From NCBI GenBank assembly GCA_944391425.1, contig CALXTO010000001.1, positions 75,066 through 139,065 of the forward strand: 64,000 nt of DNA, written 5' to 3'. The notes beneath the pieces were generated by a model. It was given only the letters and a program-made list of their open reading frames with translations. It made no database searches and was not told the DNA's origin. The position numbers and the translations under genes were made by a program. The stretch is from an uncultured Alphaproteobacteria bacterium. GTDB taxonomy: Bacteria > Pseudomonadota > Alphaproteobacteria > RF32 > CAG-239. Below are positions 8,135 to 19,300 of the stretch, in pieces (positions within the stretch are counted from its first letter, which is position 1; each line of letters opens with the position of its first letter).

Positions 8135-10624
8135 TTAGAATTTATATTTTGCGTTGAGCAAACCGCTATGATCGGTGTAATCCTCACGGAAGCGGCCTTC
8201 ATACCCGACGGACATTTCGACATCGTCATTGACGTCTGCCGTCAGGCTGGCGCCGACTTCAACGCCGAAGCGATCCAAAGCTTCGCCCTCAACGCTGTAT
8301 GCAGCGCCATTGGCCAGCGTAACGACGGAATTGGCGTCGTCGTTTGTCAGGTCATAAGTCATGGCTACCCGCGCTTCAGGACGGAGGCTCATGCCGTTTT
8401 CCAAAGCAAAATCTTTTCCTGCTTTGGCACCGATAACACCGGTTAAGATATCAGACTTATTGCCGGAAACATGGTTGCCCATACTATCGGTATAAGATTT
8501 CTGATTGATGTTAACATATCTTAATCCGGCTTCCGGTGTAACGTTGACACCGCCAACCAGCATATCATACCCGGCCATGGCCTGCAAACCGAAGCTGTCT
8601 ACATCATACGAAGCGTTTTTGACGCTGTTTTTCTCGTCATAATCACCCCAAGAGTAGTTGGCAATACCGTTGATATACCAATCGGCCGGTTTGTATTCCC
8701 CGTAAACAATCGCGGAATGCGTGTCGACATCGGTTTTGCGATTGTCAGTATCAATATCCGTATTGGTATAAGCATAACCGACACCGACTTTGACTGCATC
8801 AGTAACTTGTTTTTCGGCACCGCCGGCAAAACCGTAACTGTCGGCATCAAAACCGTTAACCTTTTTATCCAGCTCGGTTTTGTTAATCAGTCCCTGAGCC
8901 CATACGGCTCCGTTTTCAAACGGAGTATCGCCGGAAGACATTCCCTGCTGTGCTGCAGAGAGGCCGCCGCTCAAACGTGTACCGACGACATTTGCGATTT
9001 GCGTATTGTGGGCCACCATTGTCGACTGAGCAAAGGAAGACGTATCGACAGACAATTGATCCACAACTTTCAAACCGGCGGCAACCTCTTCGGGATTATC
9101 AGACTGCAGCAAAGCCGTTGCCGTTGAAGCAACATTGTTAAAAGCCGTATTTTCGGCAGGAGCTTTTCCGCCGGCTAAAACGGCCTGAACGGCATTAGCC
9201 TGGTTACTGTTTGCTCCGGTAGAAGCGGCAATTTCATCTCCGGCTTTTTGTTCAACAATCAGGCTTTTGTTGTCTTCTCCGACGGCAAGATTATACAAAT
9301 TGTTGTCCTGAGCCAAAACCCAGCCGACTTTATCGGCATCAATTTCTTTACCGTAGGTTTCCGTATTGCTGACGGTTTTATCAATATAAGATATGTTTCC
9401 GTCGGTGATGAAATTATGGGTTCCGTCAGCCGTTCCCAAGGCAATCGTCGGTTTTAGATTTACCTTGCCTTCAAGGTTGACGTTACCGGCAATTTGTCCG
9501 CCTTTGCTGCCGTCATAATAAAAAGCCAAAGTAGATCCGTCCATGAAGCGGGCAAAATCATTACCCTGGAACTGTCCGCCGGAAATCGTCAGCGTGTTTT
9601 GTCCGAGATCCAAAGTCGATCCCTTGTTGACCTTGGCGCCGCCAACCTCTGCATCATCTTGCAAGACCAAGTTTCCAACCGCACCGCTCTTGCTGCCAAG
9701 AACCAGGTCATTGGCTTTAAAGGCTCTATCGGCGGTAAGGCTGCCGCCGTTGCTGACCATAATCTGAGCTGCGTTAATATCTCCGGTAACCGCAGACTTT
9801 AAACTATGCGCATTGTTAAAATACAAATTGACATTATCAACGTCACCGTCGATTTTTGATTGTGCCGTATCCATATTTACTTCTGTGTTGGTAACCATTA
9901 ATCCGGTATCGGCATTTCCTACAAGATTGGCATTGATTGTACCTGAGTTGTTGATAACAGTTTGAGATTCTGCATCGGTAATATCCATAAAGATTGAACC
10001 TTTATCCGGCGCATCACCGCTGGTGTCTACAATGCCGAAAGAAGAATTTTCACCAACATTCAAAGTTGCATGAAGCAAACCGATGCCGCCGTCTTTGGTA
10101 TTGACTGTATTGGTTCCGGAGGCGTTGATTGTCTGGTTCTTTCCGCGTATATCCAAAGCTCCGGCCGTTTCAACGTTAACCGTGGTGTTTTCGATGTTCA
10201 GTACCGGAGTTCTGAGTGTGTTTGTACCTCCACTGAAATTCAGAGTTGTGTTTTTGAAATCCATAGAATCGGCCGTAATGCTGTTTCCGTTCAAATTGGC
10301 AGTGCCTCCGGTTGTTTCAATTCCCGCTGCAGTGATTTCAGAGCCTTCCATATTTAACGTCGCTGTATCCGACATAATGAATTTACCGGTACCGCCATCT
10401 TCATCAGTGATGTCCACTTTTGTACCTTTGATACCCAAAGTAACATTTTCTTTTAAAGTGATGCTGTTGGCTTTGGTATCTTCCTGACTGTCAATGTTGT
10501 ATACTTCATTGGGATCATATCCGGGTGCTCCAGGCATAAACCAATCGCCCAATTCAAGCGCTTTGGCACTGCCGGCTAAAGTCAGGCCGACAATCGCTGT
10601 TGAAATAAGTAAAGTGTTTCTCAT
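8135..10624 (-). CDS. autotransporter outer-membrane protein (Thr/Asn/Gly-rich passenger plus C-terminal beta-barrel)
   Basis: 829 aa with a signal peptide and a repetitive T/N/G-rich passenger. The C-terminal roughly 270 aa show an alternating beta-strand pattern ending in ...LNAKYKF (terminal Phe). Confidence 0.85.
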   Translation of the reverse strand: MRNTLLISTAIVGLTLAGSAKALELGDWFMPGAPGYDPNEVYNIDSQEDTKANSITLKENVTLGIKGTKVDITDEDGGTGKFIMSDTATLNMEGSEITAAGIETTGGTANLNGNSITADSMDFKNTTLNFSGGTNTLRTPVLNIENTTVNVETAGALDIRGKNQTINASGTNTVNTKDGGIGLLHATLNVGENSSFGIVDTSGDAPDKGSIFMDITDAESQTVINNSGTINANLVGNADTGLMVTNTEVNMDTAQSKIDGDVDNVNLYFNNAHSLKSAVTGDINAAQIMVSNGGSLTADRAFKANDLVLGSKSGAVGNLVLQDDAEVGGAKVNKGSTLDLGQNTLTISGGQFQGNDFARFMDGSTLAFYYDGSKGGQIAGNVNLEGKVNLKPTIALGTADGTHNFITDGNISYIDKTVSNTETYGKEIDADKVGWVLAQDNNLYNLAVGEDNKSLIVEQKAGDEIAASTGANSNQANAVQAVLAGGKAPAENTAFNNVASTATALLQSDNPEEVAAGLKVVDQLSVDTSSFAQSTMVAHNTQIANVVGTRLSGGLSAAQQGMSSGDTPFENGAVWAQGLINKTELDKKVNGFDADSYGFAGGAEKQVTDAVKVGVGYAYTNTDIDTDNRKTDVDTHSAIVYGEYKPADWYINGIANYSWGDYDEKNSVKNASYDVDSFGLQAMAGYDMLVGGVNVTPEAGLRYVNINQKSYTDSMGNHVSGNKSDILTGVIGAKAGKDFALENGMSLRPEARVAMTYDLTNDDANSVVTLANGAAYSVEGEALDRFGVEVGASLTADVNDDVEMSVGYEGRFREDYTDHSGLLNAKYKF

Positions 10625-10879
10625 ATGATTAAACTTTCCTTTTGTTTCAGTTACAAATAAAAACCACCTTGTTTACAGGGCGGACACCATTTATTGGTGT
10701 TAAATGCGGAAAATTTCTGCATCTACTGGTAGGTTATATACTATACATTTTATTGTCAAGACAAAAAAATAACTTTTTCCTTGTGTTTTCAAGTGTTTCC
10801 ATCTTAAAATAGCTTTTGCCCCGGAGGACAAAAACTGTATTCCTGTCATAAAACTGAAAAAATTGAAAGTATGCGGATT

Positions 10880-11482
10880 TTAAGGACGGCTGATGAATTT
10901 GCTGCCTTTGATATAAAAGCGCCAGGGTTTGTCCTTATATTCCTCGGCATAATCAATTCCTACCCGGGGAACGGCGCAATAATCCCAGCGGCGTTCCCGG
11001 CGCGCCAACCAGATTTCATCTCCGGACAGATTAATTCCATCGTGCTTTTGGGCTGTAATTCCCAGAGCCTGGCATAATTTTCCCGGTCCGGTGGTTAGGT
11101 TTTCAATTTTTGAGGTCTTGCGCCGTTCCATCATTGTTTCCAGCCCGGCAGTAGGTTCTAAGGCACGTATTAAAACGGCGTTAGCCTCGCCTTCGGGACT
11201 GACGACAACATTAAATTGATTATACATGCCATACACGAAAAACACATAAGCGCAGCCTCCGGCTTGAAACATGGTTTTGGTCCGCGGCGTTAATTTATTA
11301 GGATAAGCATGACAAGCCTTGTCGCAACTGCCGATATAGACCTCCAGTTCGGTAATCATGCCGGCGCAAAAACGGCCGCCGACATTTGAACACAGATAAG
11401 CGCCGAGGAGATGTTCCACGGCGACTTCAAAAGCGTTTCCTGCGTAAACCGAGAGCGGAATTTTCAAATTGTAATCCGGCAT
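10880..11482 (-). CDS. mpg: DNA-3-methyladenine glycosylase (Mpg/AAG family)
   Basis: Family blocks ITELEVY, FFVYGMYNQFNVV, AVLIRALEP and GPGKLCQALGI. Confidence 0.85.
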   Translation of the reverse strand: MPDYNLKIPLSVYAGNAFEVAVEHLLGAYLCSNVGGRFCAGMITELEVYIGSCDKACHAYPNKLTPRTKTMFQAGGCAYVFFVYGMYNQFNVVVSPEGEANAVLIRALEPTAGLETMMERRKTSKIENLTTGPGKLCQALGITAQKHDGINLSGDEIWLARRERRWDYCAVPRVGIDYAEEYKDKPWRFYIKGSKFISRP

Positions 11483-11538
11483 GAGAAATTGTTATCATGC
11501 TTTGAACGACATGTCAATCAGCGGTTTCAGAGAGCAAA

Positions 11539-11625
11539 TCAGTCTTCCCTTTTGCGTGAGGATTTATACTCCCCATACCCATAAACAATTCCGGCTAAAG
11601 TAAAAATCACCTCTACAAATCCCAT
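11539..11625 (-). CDS. possible 28-aa hydrophobic small protein
   Basis: Own translation gives MGFVEVIFTLAGIVYGYGEYKSSRKRED. A GGGGAGG RBS lies 7 nt upstream, and the ORF starts 14 nt after the upstream lipoprotein gene. It is below the ORF-track size cut-off. Confidence 0.2.
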   Translation of the reverse strand: MGFVEVIFTLAGIVYGYGEYKSSRKRED

Positions 11626-11639
11626 GGCTGCGGCCTCCC

Positions 11640-12026
11640 CTAATCCCCGGCGATGCAATCATCACCGTTAAAACTGTAGTTTACGACGATTCCGTTACGA
11701 ATTGTAAACGACGTTTTGCAATAATATGTGGTATACTGCGGTTGCCCGGGAAATCCAAAATCCGGTGTCGCAATTGCAGGATAGTAGACCTCGTTGGCAT
11801 ATGGTTTTTTGTTGCCATTGAGAGGATGTGAAGATATTCGCAAAAAAGTAACAACCTTTTCATCCGGAGTAACATAAAAGACATTATGCGGCATACCCCA
11901 AGACTGCTGAAGACGTTCCTCAGACTGGCCGATCCAGGGTTGCAGGGTGTCTCCGTAACTGCGGCGATTCATAGTGCATGAAATAAGCGTACACAAACAA
12001 ATAAGACAAGCTATTGATTTTTTCAT
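11640..12026 (-). CDS. hypothetical lipoprotein
   Basis: 128 aa. The signal peptide has a lipobox (LCTLISC). No recognisable domain. Confidence 0.6.
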   Translation of the reverse strand: MKKSIACLICLCTLISCTMNRRSYGDTLQPWIGQSEERLQQSWGMPHNVFYVTPDEKVVTFLRISSHPLNGNKKPYANEVYYPAIATPDFGFPGQPQYTTYYCKTSFTIRNGIVVNYSFNGDDCIAGD

Positions 12027-12067
12027 CCGGCGCCTCCTACAAAAAATGTAGTTGTCAAACGACGGAT

Positions 12068-13375
12068 TTAAAGTCTGTGCTTTAGTTTGGCTCCATTGGC
12101 TTTGCTGATTCGAACCCGGACAGTTACGCAGGTTTCACCGCGGCAAATATCCAGCACTTCGGCATTAGCATACAACCAGGCCAGATTTTTACCGTCTTCC
12201 GGTTTCAGTTGAAATGTCGAGACTTCATCGGCAGATGAAAGACGAGAATCCAGCATATGCAAAAATGCTGACATTCCTTCTCCCGTTAGGGCTGAAATTC
12301 CCAAATGTCTGTCATGCCCGGCAAGCTCTTTCCTTCGGTCAACGGCAAGCAGGTCAATTTTGTTCAGGACTTCCAGATAGCGGTTGTCCTCTTCAATATT
12401 TTCCAATCCTAACCCGGACAACACTTTTAAGACGTCTTTTTTTTGTTCCCGGTTTTCCGGGTTGGCAATGTCCCTGACATGGACAATAACATCTGCTTCC
12501 AGCACTTCTTCCAGTGTTGCTCTGAACGCCATTACCAGTTCATGCGGCAAATCTGAGATAAATCCAACCGTATCTGACAAAATGACATCACGTCCGGAAG
12601 GCAGGCGGACTTTGCGCATGGTCGGGTCAAGCGTGGCAAAGAGCATATCTTCCGCCAAAACGTTTCCGGCGGAAAGACGATTAAACAAAGACGACTTTCC
12701 GGCATTGGTATAACCGACCAGAGCTACTACCGGATATGGTACGCGTTTGCGGGCAGAACGTTGAATTTCTCTAGTTTTGCGAACTTTTTCCAAATCTTTT
12801 TTAATACGGATGATTTTTCCGTCGATGATACGCCGGTCAAGTTCAATCTGGGTTTCGCCGGGCCCACCCAAAAATCCGGCGCCGCCCCGCTGACGCTCCA
12901 GGTGAGTCCAGCTTCTGACCAGGCGGCTACGCTGATAAGTCAGATGCGCCAATTCAACTTGAAGCTTACCTTCCCGGGTCTGTGCCCGTTCTCCGAAGAT
13001 TTCTAAAATAAGGGCTGTCCGGTCAATTACCTTAATCTGGAGTTTTTTTTCAAGATTACGTTGCTGAATAGGCGTCAAAGCGGCATCAAAAATAACCAGT
13101 TCTATTTGTTTTTCCCTAATGGCCTCCACCAGCTTTTTAAGCGAGCCTTCCCCGATGAATACAGCCGGTTTTACCTCCCGAACTCTAACAATCTCGGAAT
13201 AGACGACATTTAGATTGATTGCCGAAGCCAGACCACAAGCTTCTTCCAACCGAGCCTCCGGCAGAAGGCCTGCTTTTTGGCTTAAGACATCGGGAAAAAT
13301 AACAGCAGCCTGAATCTGCTTGTTTGAAGAAAATTCAATTGCCGGCAATTTATGCGTCGCCGTCTTTAGGTTCAA
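12068..13375 (-). CDS. hflX: GTPase HflX
   Basis: 435 aa with G-motifs ([21 protein letters not shown]), immediately downstream of hfq. Confidence 0.95.
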   Translation of the reverse strand: MNLKTATHKLPAIEFSSNKQIQAAVIFPDVLSQKAGLLPEARLEEACGLASAINLNVVYSEIVRVREVKPAVFIGEGSLKKLVEAIREKQIELVIFDAALTPIQQRNLEKKLQIKVIDRTALILEIFGERAQTREGKLQVELAHLTYQRSRLVRSWTHLERQRGGAGFLGGPGETQIELDRRIIDGKIIRIKKDLEKVRKTREIQRSARKRVPYPVVALVGYTNAGKSSLFNRLSAGNVLAEDMLFATLDPTMRKVRLPSGRDVILSDTVGFISDLPHELVMAFRATLEEVLEADVIVHVRDIANPENREQKKDVLKVLSGLGLENIEEDNRYLEVLNKIDLLAVDRRKELAGHDRHLGISALTGEGMSAFLHMLDSRLSSADEVSTFQLKPEDGKNLAWLYANAEVLDICRGETCVTVRVRISKANGAKLKHRL

Positions 13376-13580
13376 TATCTACGGCTTCGCCCGGCATGAT
13401 TGTTGAAACGGCGTGTTTGTAGATTAATTGGGTATGCCCGTCCCGGCGCAGCAGTAGCGTATTGTCATCATACCAGGTAATCAGCCCCTGAAGTTTTACG
13501 CCGTTAACCAAAAAAACGGTTACCGATATTTTATTGCTGCGGATATTATTTAGAAAATCATCCTGAACGTTTTGAGGCAT
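13350..13580 (-). CDS. hfq: RNA chaperone Hfq
   Basis: Sm1/Sm2 blocks: [25 protein letters not shown]...[11 protein letters not shown]. Confidence 0.95.
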   Translation of the reverse strand: MPQNVQDDFLNNIRSNKISVTVFLVNGVKLQGLITWYDDNTLLLRRDGHTQLIYKHAVSTIMPGEAVDIEPKDGDA

Positions 13581-13651
13581 TTTTTTATTCCTTACTTATT
13601 TTTAGTACTATATTAAAATCTAACAACATTTTTTTTGATTAGTAAAGAATT

Positions 13652-15010
13652 TTAAGAAAAAATTTTTTCCACCTGTTTAATAACTCCCGAATCGATATAT
13701 AACAAGATGACGTCTCCCGGTTGCAAAAGCGTTGCCGGTTCAGGATAACAAATGCCATCCTTGTTCTGAACGACAAAAATCCGGCTTTGTTTGGGTAAGT
13801 TGATTTCGCCTATTTTTTTGCCGGCGGCGATGCTGTCATCACTGACACAGATTTCCCATATCTCTCCGCATCCGCGGCTGACCGAATAGGCATCCTGCAT
13901 CCGTGTTTTGCGGATTTCTTTGAGGATTTTGGAAATCGTCACTGCACTACGATCAACTAAAATGCTGCTGCCCATATTAAAAATCAATTCGTTGTAAGCG
14001 GGCGTATTAACTACGGACACAGCCGTTGTCACGCCGCTTTGGGCCGCGATAAGCGAAATCAGGAGGTTGTCTTTGTCATTGTCCGTAACGGCAATACTGG
14101 CATCGGCATGGCGGATATCCGCCTCATTTAAAATCAGGTCACTCATCATTTCGCCCTGAATCACGACAACATGATTTAAATCCAGAGCAATACGACGAGC
14201 AATATTGATGTCTTCTTCAATAATTTTACAGCCGGCAATGTTGTCATCGTGCTCTATCTCCTGCCCTAAATACTGGGCGACGGCATTGCCGCCGAAAATC
14301 AGCAGCCGCTCATTGACCGGTTTTTCCAGCCCGAACGAACGGATTGTTTTTTCAATTTCGTTCTGCGGCGTATAAACAGTTATTTCATCTTCACTTTTGA
14401 GACAGTCATATGATTCCGGAATAAAACATTCGCCATTGCGGACAACGTTAACAAAAGCGACGTTAAGCTCTTCATCCTGACGTCCGATTTGCAACAGAGG
14501 AATATCCGCCAAAGGGCATCCTGGTTCAAGCTTCAGCGTCAGGATACAGCCTTTGCTGCCTAAAACAGGCAAGACTCCGGAACTTCCCGGATACTTTAAA
14601 ATACGCAAAATATTCTCGGCAATATCAATATCAGGCGATATGATCAAATCAATGGGGATATTTTTATCGTTATATAATGTCGACCATAACGGATCCAAAA
14701 ATATTTCGTTGTTAATGCGGGCGATTTTACGCGGAATGTCAAACAGCGTATAGGCCACCTGGCAAATGACCATATTAACTTCGTCAATATCCGTTACGGC
14801 TAATATCAAATCGCATTCGGCAGCCCCTGCCCGCTCCAAAACCGTCGGATGAGAAGCCTGCCCCAGCACCGGCATTACGTCAAATTCTTTGGAAATTTCA
14901 TCAAGATTTCGCTGGTCTTTGTCAATGACCGCAATGTCATTGTTGCCTTTCACTAAATAACTGACAATGCTCTTTCCTACACTTCCGGCGCCACAGACGA
15001 TTATTTTCAT
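13652..15010 (-). CDS. trkA: Trk system potassium uptake protein TrkA
   Basis: Two Rossmann/RCK halves, with an MKIIVCGAGSVGKS start. I placed the start at 15010, which gives an ATGA overlap with the dusB stop. The ORF track extends to 15037. Confidence 0.9.
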   Translation of the reverse strand: MKIIVCGAGSVGKSIVSYLVKGNNDIAVIDKDQRNLDEISKEFDVMPVLGQASHPTVLERAGAAECDLILAVTDIDEVNMVICQVAYTLFDIPRKIARINNEIFLDPLWSTLYNDKNIPIDLIISPDIDIAENILRILKYPGSSGVLPVLGSKGCILTLKLEPGCPLADIPLLQIGRQDEELNVAFVNVVRNGECFIPESYDCLKSEDEITVYTPQNEIEKTIRSFGLEKPVNERLLIFGGNAVAQYLGQEIEHDDNIAGCKIIEEDINIARRIALDLNHVVVIQGEMMSDLILNEADIRHADASIAVTDNDKDNLLISLIAAQSGVTTAVSVVNTPAYNELIFNMGSSILVDRSAVTISKILKEIRKTRMQDAYSVSRGCGEIWEICVSDDSIAAGKKIGEINLPKQSRIFVVQNKDGICYPEPATLLQPGDVILLYIDSGVIKQVEKIFS

Positions 15011-15987
15011 TTTCCGTTTCCTTCCTGTTCGGAACACCTGTCAAAATAGCGGCAGACTTCCGCTACGGCTTCCGCCAAATCGGCAATGTGCACATATCTT
15101 TCACGAAACTTGCGGGCGTCACGCATATTCTTGCAGTACCAGCAAACATATTTGCGAGACAGTCCCAAAGCTAATTTTTCTCCATAATAGGCCGTCAATT
15201 CTTTAATATGGGTTAACAAAGCTTTCTTGACAAGCGGCAGCGGCATATTTTGCGGAGCAATCCCTTTTTCCAGATAATCATGGGTTTGGGCAATCAGCCA
15301 CGGGCAACCCAGCGCTGCACGGCCGATCATCACGCCGTCCGCTTTCGTATAGTCCAGCATTTCTTTGGCTTTTTCGGGCGAATCGACATCACCATTGCCG
15401 ATGACCGGTATGGATATGGCATTTTTAACGGCGGCAATAATGTCCCAATCGGCCTTGCCTGAATAAAACTCCGACCGGGTGCGGCCATGAACGGTAACAT
15501 AAGATGCGCCGCTTTCTTCGCACATCTTGGCAAACTCTACCGCATTGATGCTCCGGCAGTCCCATCCCTTGCGAAATTTGACACTGACTTTCAGCGGCGT
15601 TGCTCTGACAACCGTTTCAATGATCTTGGCTGCCTGCGGCATATCCGTCATCAGATAAGAGCCTGAATTCCCGTTGACAATTTTGCGAACGGGGCAACCC
15701 ATATTAATATCCAGAGCATGAGCGCCCAGTTCATAAGCCAGTTTGGCGGCATAATCAAAAATTTTTGCATCGCTGCCGACAAGCTGGACAATAACCGGAT
15801 AGCTTTCATCCCGAACATCGGCAATCCGGTATGTTTTCGGATTTTTGCGAGACAGCGCGTTGATCGCTACCATTTCCGAAACAATGTTGCCTCCGCCGAA
15901 CGAAGATACCAGCCGACGCATCGGTTTGTCGGTAATTCCTGCCATCGGCGCCAGAAAAACCCGGCTATTCAGATCCAATATCCGCAT
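15007..15987 (-). CDS. dusB: tRNA-dihydrouridine synthase B
   Basis: 326 aa with Dus family blocks (LAPMAGITD, VDINMGCP, VTVHGRTR). Confidence 0.9.
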   Translation of the reverse strand: MRILDLNSRVFLAPMAGITDKPMRRLVSSFGGGNIVSEMVAINALSRKNPKTYRIADVRDESYPVIVQLVGSDAKIFDYAAKLAYELGAHALDINMGCPVRKIVNGNSGSYLMTDMPQAAKIIETVVRATPLKVSVKFRKGWDCRSINAVEFAKMCEESGASYVTVHGRTRSEFYSGKADWDIIAAVKNAISIPVIGNGDVDSPEKAKEMLDYTKADGVMIGRAALGCPWLIAQTHDYLEKGIAPQNMPLPLVKKALLTHIKELTAYYGEKLALGLSRKYVCWYCKNMRDARKFRERYVHIADLAEAVAEVCRYFDRCSEQEGNGK

Positions 15988-16323
15988 TTACACCTTAAAA
16001 TCAAATTCCCGGTTATTTTTGAACATAAAATCAATCAGAACCGTCGGTTCTCTTAAAACCTGTCCGGCATTACCGTAACTGGCCGCGGCATAGGCCGTGT
16101 TGACGCTGTTTTCCGTTCCGTACCTCAGCAACTGATAGGAAACGCCGCTGTCAAGCAGTTTATAGGCATAATTTTCAACGCCTTGCCGTCCGCCGCCCCA
16201 ATCTTCATCTGTCGGTTCATTCTGCCGTTCAAAGGTTCCGGAATTGCGCTTTATTTTTTCGACAGAGCCTGATATCTGCCGGTGCAGCTGGCTGAGATAG
16301 TCATTTAAATAAAGCTTGTCCAT
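15988..16323 (-). CDS. hypothetical protein (111 aa) coupled to the giant coiled-coil gene
   Basis: It starts 8 nt after the stop of the 1393-aa gene and abuts the dusB start. No recognisable motif. Confidence 0.5.
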   Translation of the reverse strand: MDKLYLNDYLSQLHRQISGSVEKIKRNSGTFERQNEPTDEDWGGGRQGVENYAYKLLDSGVSYQLLRYGTENSVNTAYAAASYGNAGQVLREPTVLIDFMFKNNREFDFKV

Positions 16324-16330
16324 TTTTATC

Positions 16331-19300
16331 CTAATTCAGCTTATCCAGCGTTTTGGCCAAGATATAATAAAGTTTGCCGATGTCTGCGCCGGAAATAACC
16401 GAGAGCAGAATTCCCGAATGTTCATGCGTTTGCGCCTGCGAAATCAAAACCTCAAATTCCGACAGGTACGAACTGATGAGGTTGCGGAACTCGGCATTTT
16501 TTTCATATTCCTTACGTACGGCGGCAATCTGCTGTTTGCTCAGGTTTTTGGCCAGATAACGGACGAAAACCGCACTATCGCCGTTGTAATATTTTTTCCA
16601 TAAATCATCTTCATCTTTGGGATTAAAGACACGATTGATGTCAACGGAAATATTTTGCAGCTTTTCAATAATTGCGGCGGCTTTTTTAAGGAAGTCGTCA
16701 ATCTTCATGCCCTGATATCCGGAAGAAAGCTTTTTGAAAGCTTCATCGGCCTTTTTGGTTTGTTCACCAAGCAGTTTGACCTGGTTGCCGACAACATCGG
16801 TAAACTGGATAGACTGCTTGACAATGCCGTCGCCTTTATTGGCAAAATCCTGCCCCGTTTCGGCCAGATCTTTCATAACCAGGTTGACTTTGTTGATTGT
16901 CTCGTCCGCAGTTGCCACCAAAACATGTGACTGTTTGACAAAGACTTCGCCGGAAGAAAGAATTTCATTGGAAATCCGTTCGGCGTTTGCCGCGGCTTCG
17001 CTGATGGAAGCACGCAGTTTGTCTCCCGAATTCTCAAAATGGGCGGCGCTGATACGGGTTGCTTCTTCCATCTGCAGGCCGAGATTTTTCAGATCCTGCC
17101 CCAATGCCTTGACTTTGTCATAAGCAAGATTGGCGCGGTCGGAAAGCGCGTTTGAGGTATCATTCAAAACCGTATTGAAACAATCGACGAGTTTGCGGGT
17201 ATCTTCCGATATTTTGACCATTTTATCGCTTTGCGCCGAAATAAGACTGTTAATCTCATAAACGCCGCTGCTGGTTTCGGCTGTGACGGTATTGAAGCCG
17301 GCGATATATTTTTCATAGTCCTTAAATACACCGCCCAAATTTTCGACCGAATGATGAATGGCCGCGTCCAAATCCTCGCTGTACTGACTCAGCGACAAAT
17401 TGACCTGTTCCAGATTTTTCATGGAAGATTTGGAAACCTTGGCAATGTCTTCTCCGGCTTTGATCATGCGATCGCCGAGTACGTCAAATTCGTAGGCAAA
17501 CTTGGTGGAAGCCTCAAAAATATCGCCGGTATTGTTTTTGAAAGCGTCGTTAATTTCCTTCATCTTCTGGGCAACGTCATTGGTGGCGTCCGACAGATAT
17601 TTATATTGCTGGGCAAGCGAGGCTTCGCTCAGACGCGCCTGGGTTGCCAACGTATTGGCAACTTCGGTCAGGTTTTCTTTTTGCTCGGACAAAACCTTGC
17701 CGATGTCTTCTGACTGGGTTTTGGTTTTAATGATAGAAACGTCTATGTTTTTAATATGTTCGTCCAGCAGTTTGACAACATTCGACGTTTCTTTGGAGAG
17801 TTCACCCTGAGCAGATGAAAGCTTGGAACAGCTGTCTAAAATTCCTTTGGACGCTTCCGTACTGTCAGTTTTAACCTGCTTTACCGTATTGGTGAAACGC
17901 GTGATGTTGTCCTGAACCCGGTTGGCAATGCTGTTGAAATTTGTCGTAATTTCCGTAACCATTTTATTGACTGCGGTATTTTTGGCGCTGATGAGCTCCT
18001 CAATTTCCGACAGGCGGTCAATGGAACGATGACTGTTGTTAACCACGGACTCCGTGTGGCGGTTGGTATCTTCTTCAAGCATGACCATCCGGGAGAAAAC
18101 CTTATCCGCGCTTTGTTCAATAACCGCAATCTGCTTTTTCAAAGCTTCGCTCATCGTTTCCGTATTATCGGCAATTTTGTCGCACAAGTTATAGAACTCG
18201 TTTTCCTGCCGCTTAAACAAAACATGGAGAGCCGCCGCCTTATCGTCCAGACTTTGGGCAACGTCAGCGACATAGCCCGCCGCCGCTTTGGAAACAGAAT
18301 TAAGCGACTGGCTCTGGTTTTCAAATGCGGAAACAGATTGATTCAGACTCTCTTCAGCCGAAGAGGTAACGTCGTTAACAGCTTTAATCTGGCGTTCCAG
18401 AATGCTGTCGACCATGTTGGCACGGTCGGCTATGCTTTGCGAAAGTACATCCATATTCTGCGACTGCGCCATCAGGGTATTCTCAAACTGCGTTACCTTG
18501 GCCAGAGTCCGGTTGACGCTGTCATCAAACATGTTTGACTGCTCTGCTAAATTGTCGTTGATGGCTTTGCTCTTATTGATAACCTCATTGCAGGAAGCCA
18601 GCATGACACCGAGATTGCTCTTGAGCTTTTCGACCGTAACCGACGCGTCGTTTTCCAAAGAGGCGGAAACTGCCGACAGTTCTTCAATCTGGCGTTTGAG
18701 CTCAGCTTTGATGTCCTCAACTTTGTTGACCGAATTGGTAATATTTTTCTGCTGTTGGGCCAAAGAAGCCTCGCTGATCTGGCTTTGGGCAACCACCAGA
18801 GAAGAAGCCTCGGTTAAAGACGTCGCATACTTATTCATGTTTTCCGCCACGTTATTCATATCGATAATGGAGGAATCCGATTGGATTTTGATATGTTCGG
18901 CAGAATGTTTGACTTCTTCGTTGAGTGCGGCAATCTGCAAAGAAACATTGTTTATCGTGTCATTGACGTGTTTATGGCGCGCCAGCAATTCTTCCGCCGC
19001 AGCCGTAATCTTGTCCATGGCATCGCTGTTCAGGCGGTCCAGGTCGGCGGTTTTTTCCTGCAGGGTTTCAATATAAGAAACGATGTCGTCATTGGCGGCA
19101 GCTGATTTCTCTCCGATTGCATTGGCGCTCAGGGCCAAAGTATCGTCAACACGCTGCATTGCTTCGGCTGCCTGCTGAGAAACCATGTTCAGGTTTGCAA
19201 CCTGGGTAGCCACGCTTTCTTCCAGATTGCTGCTTCTGACCATCAGACGATCAATTTCCTGAGCGATGTTTTCGCCGTGTTTGGCGAATTTCTGAATCAC

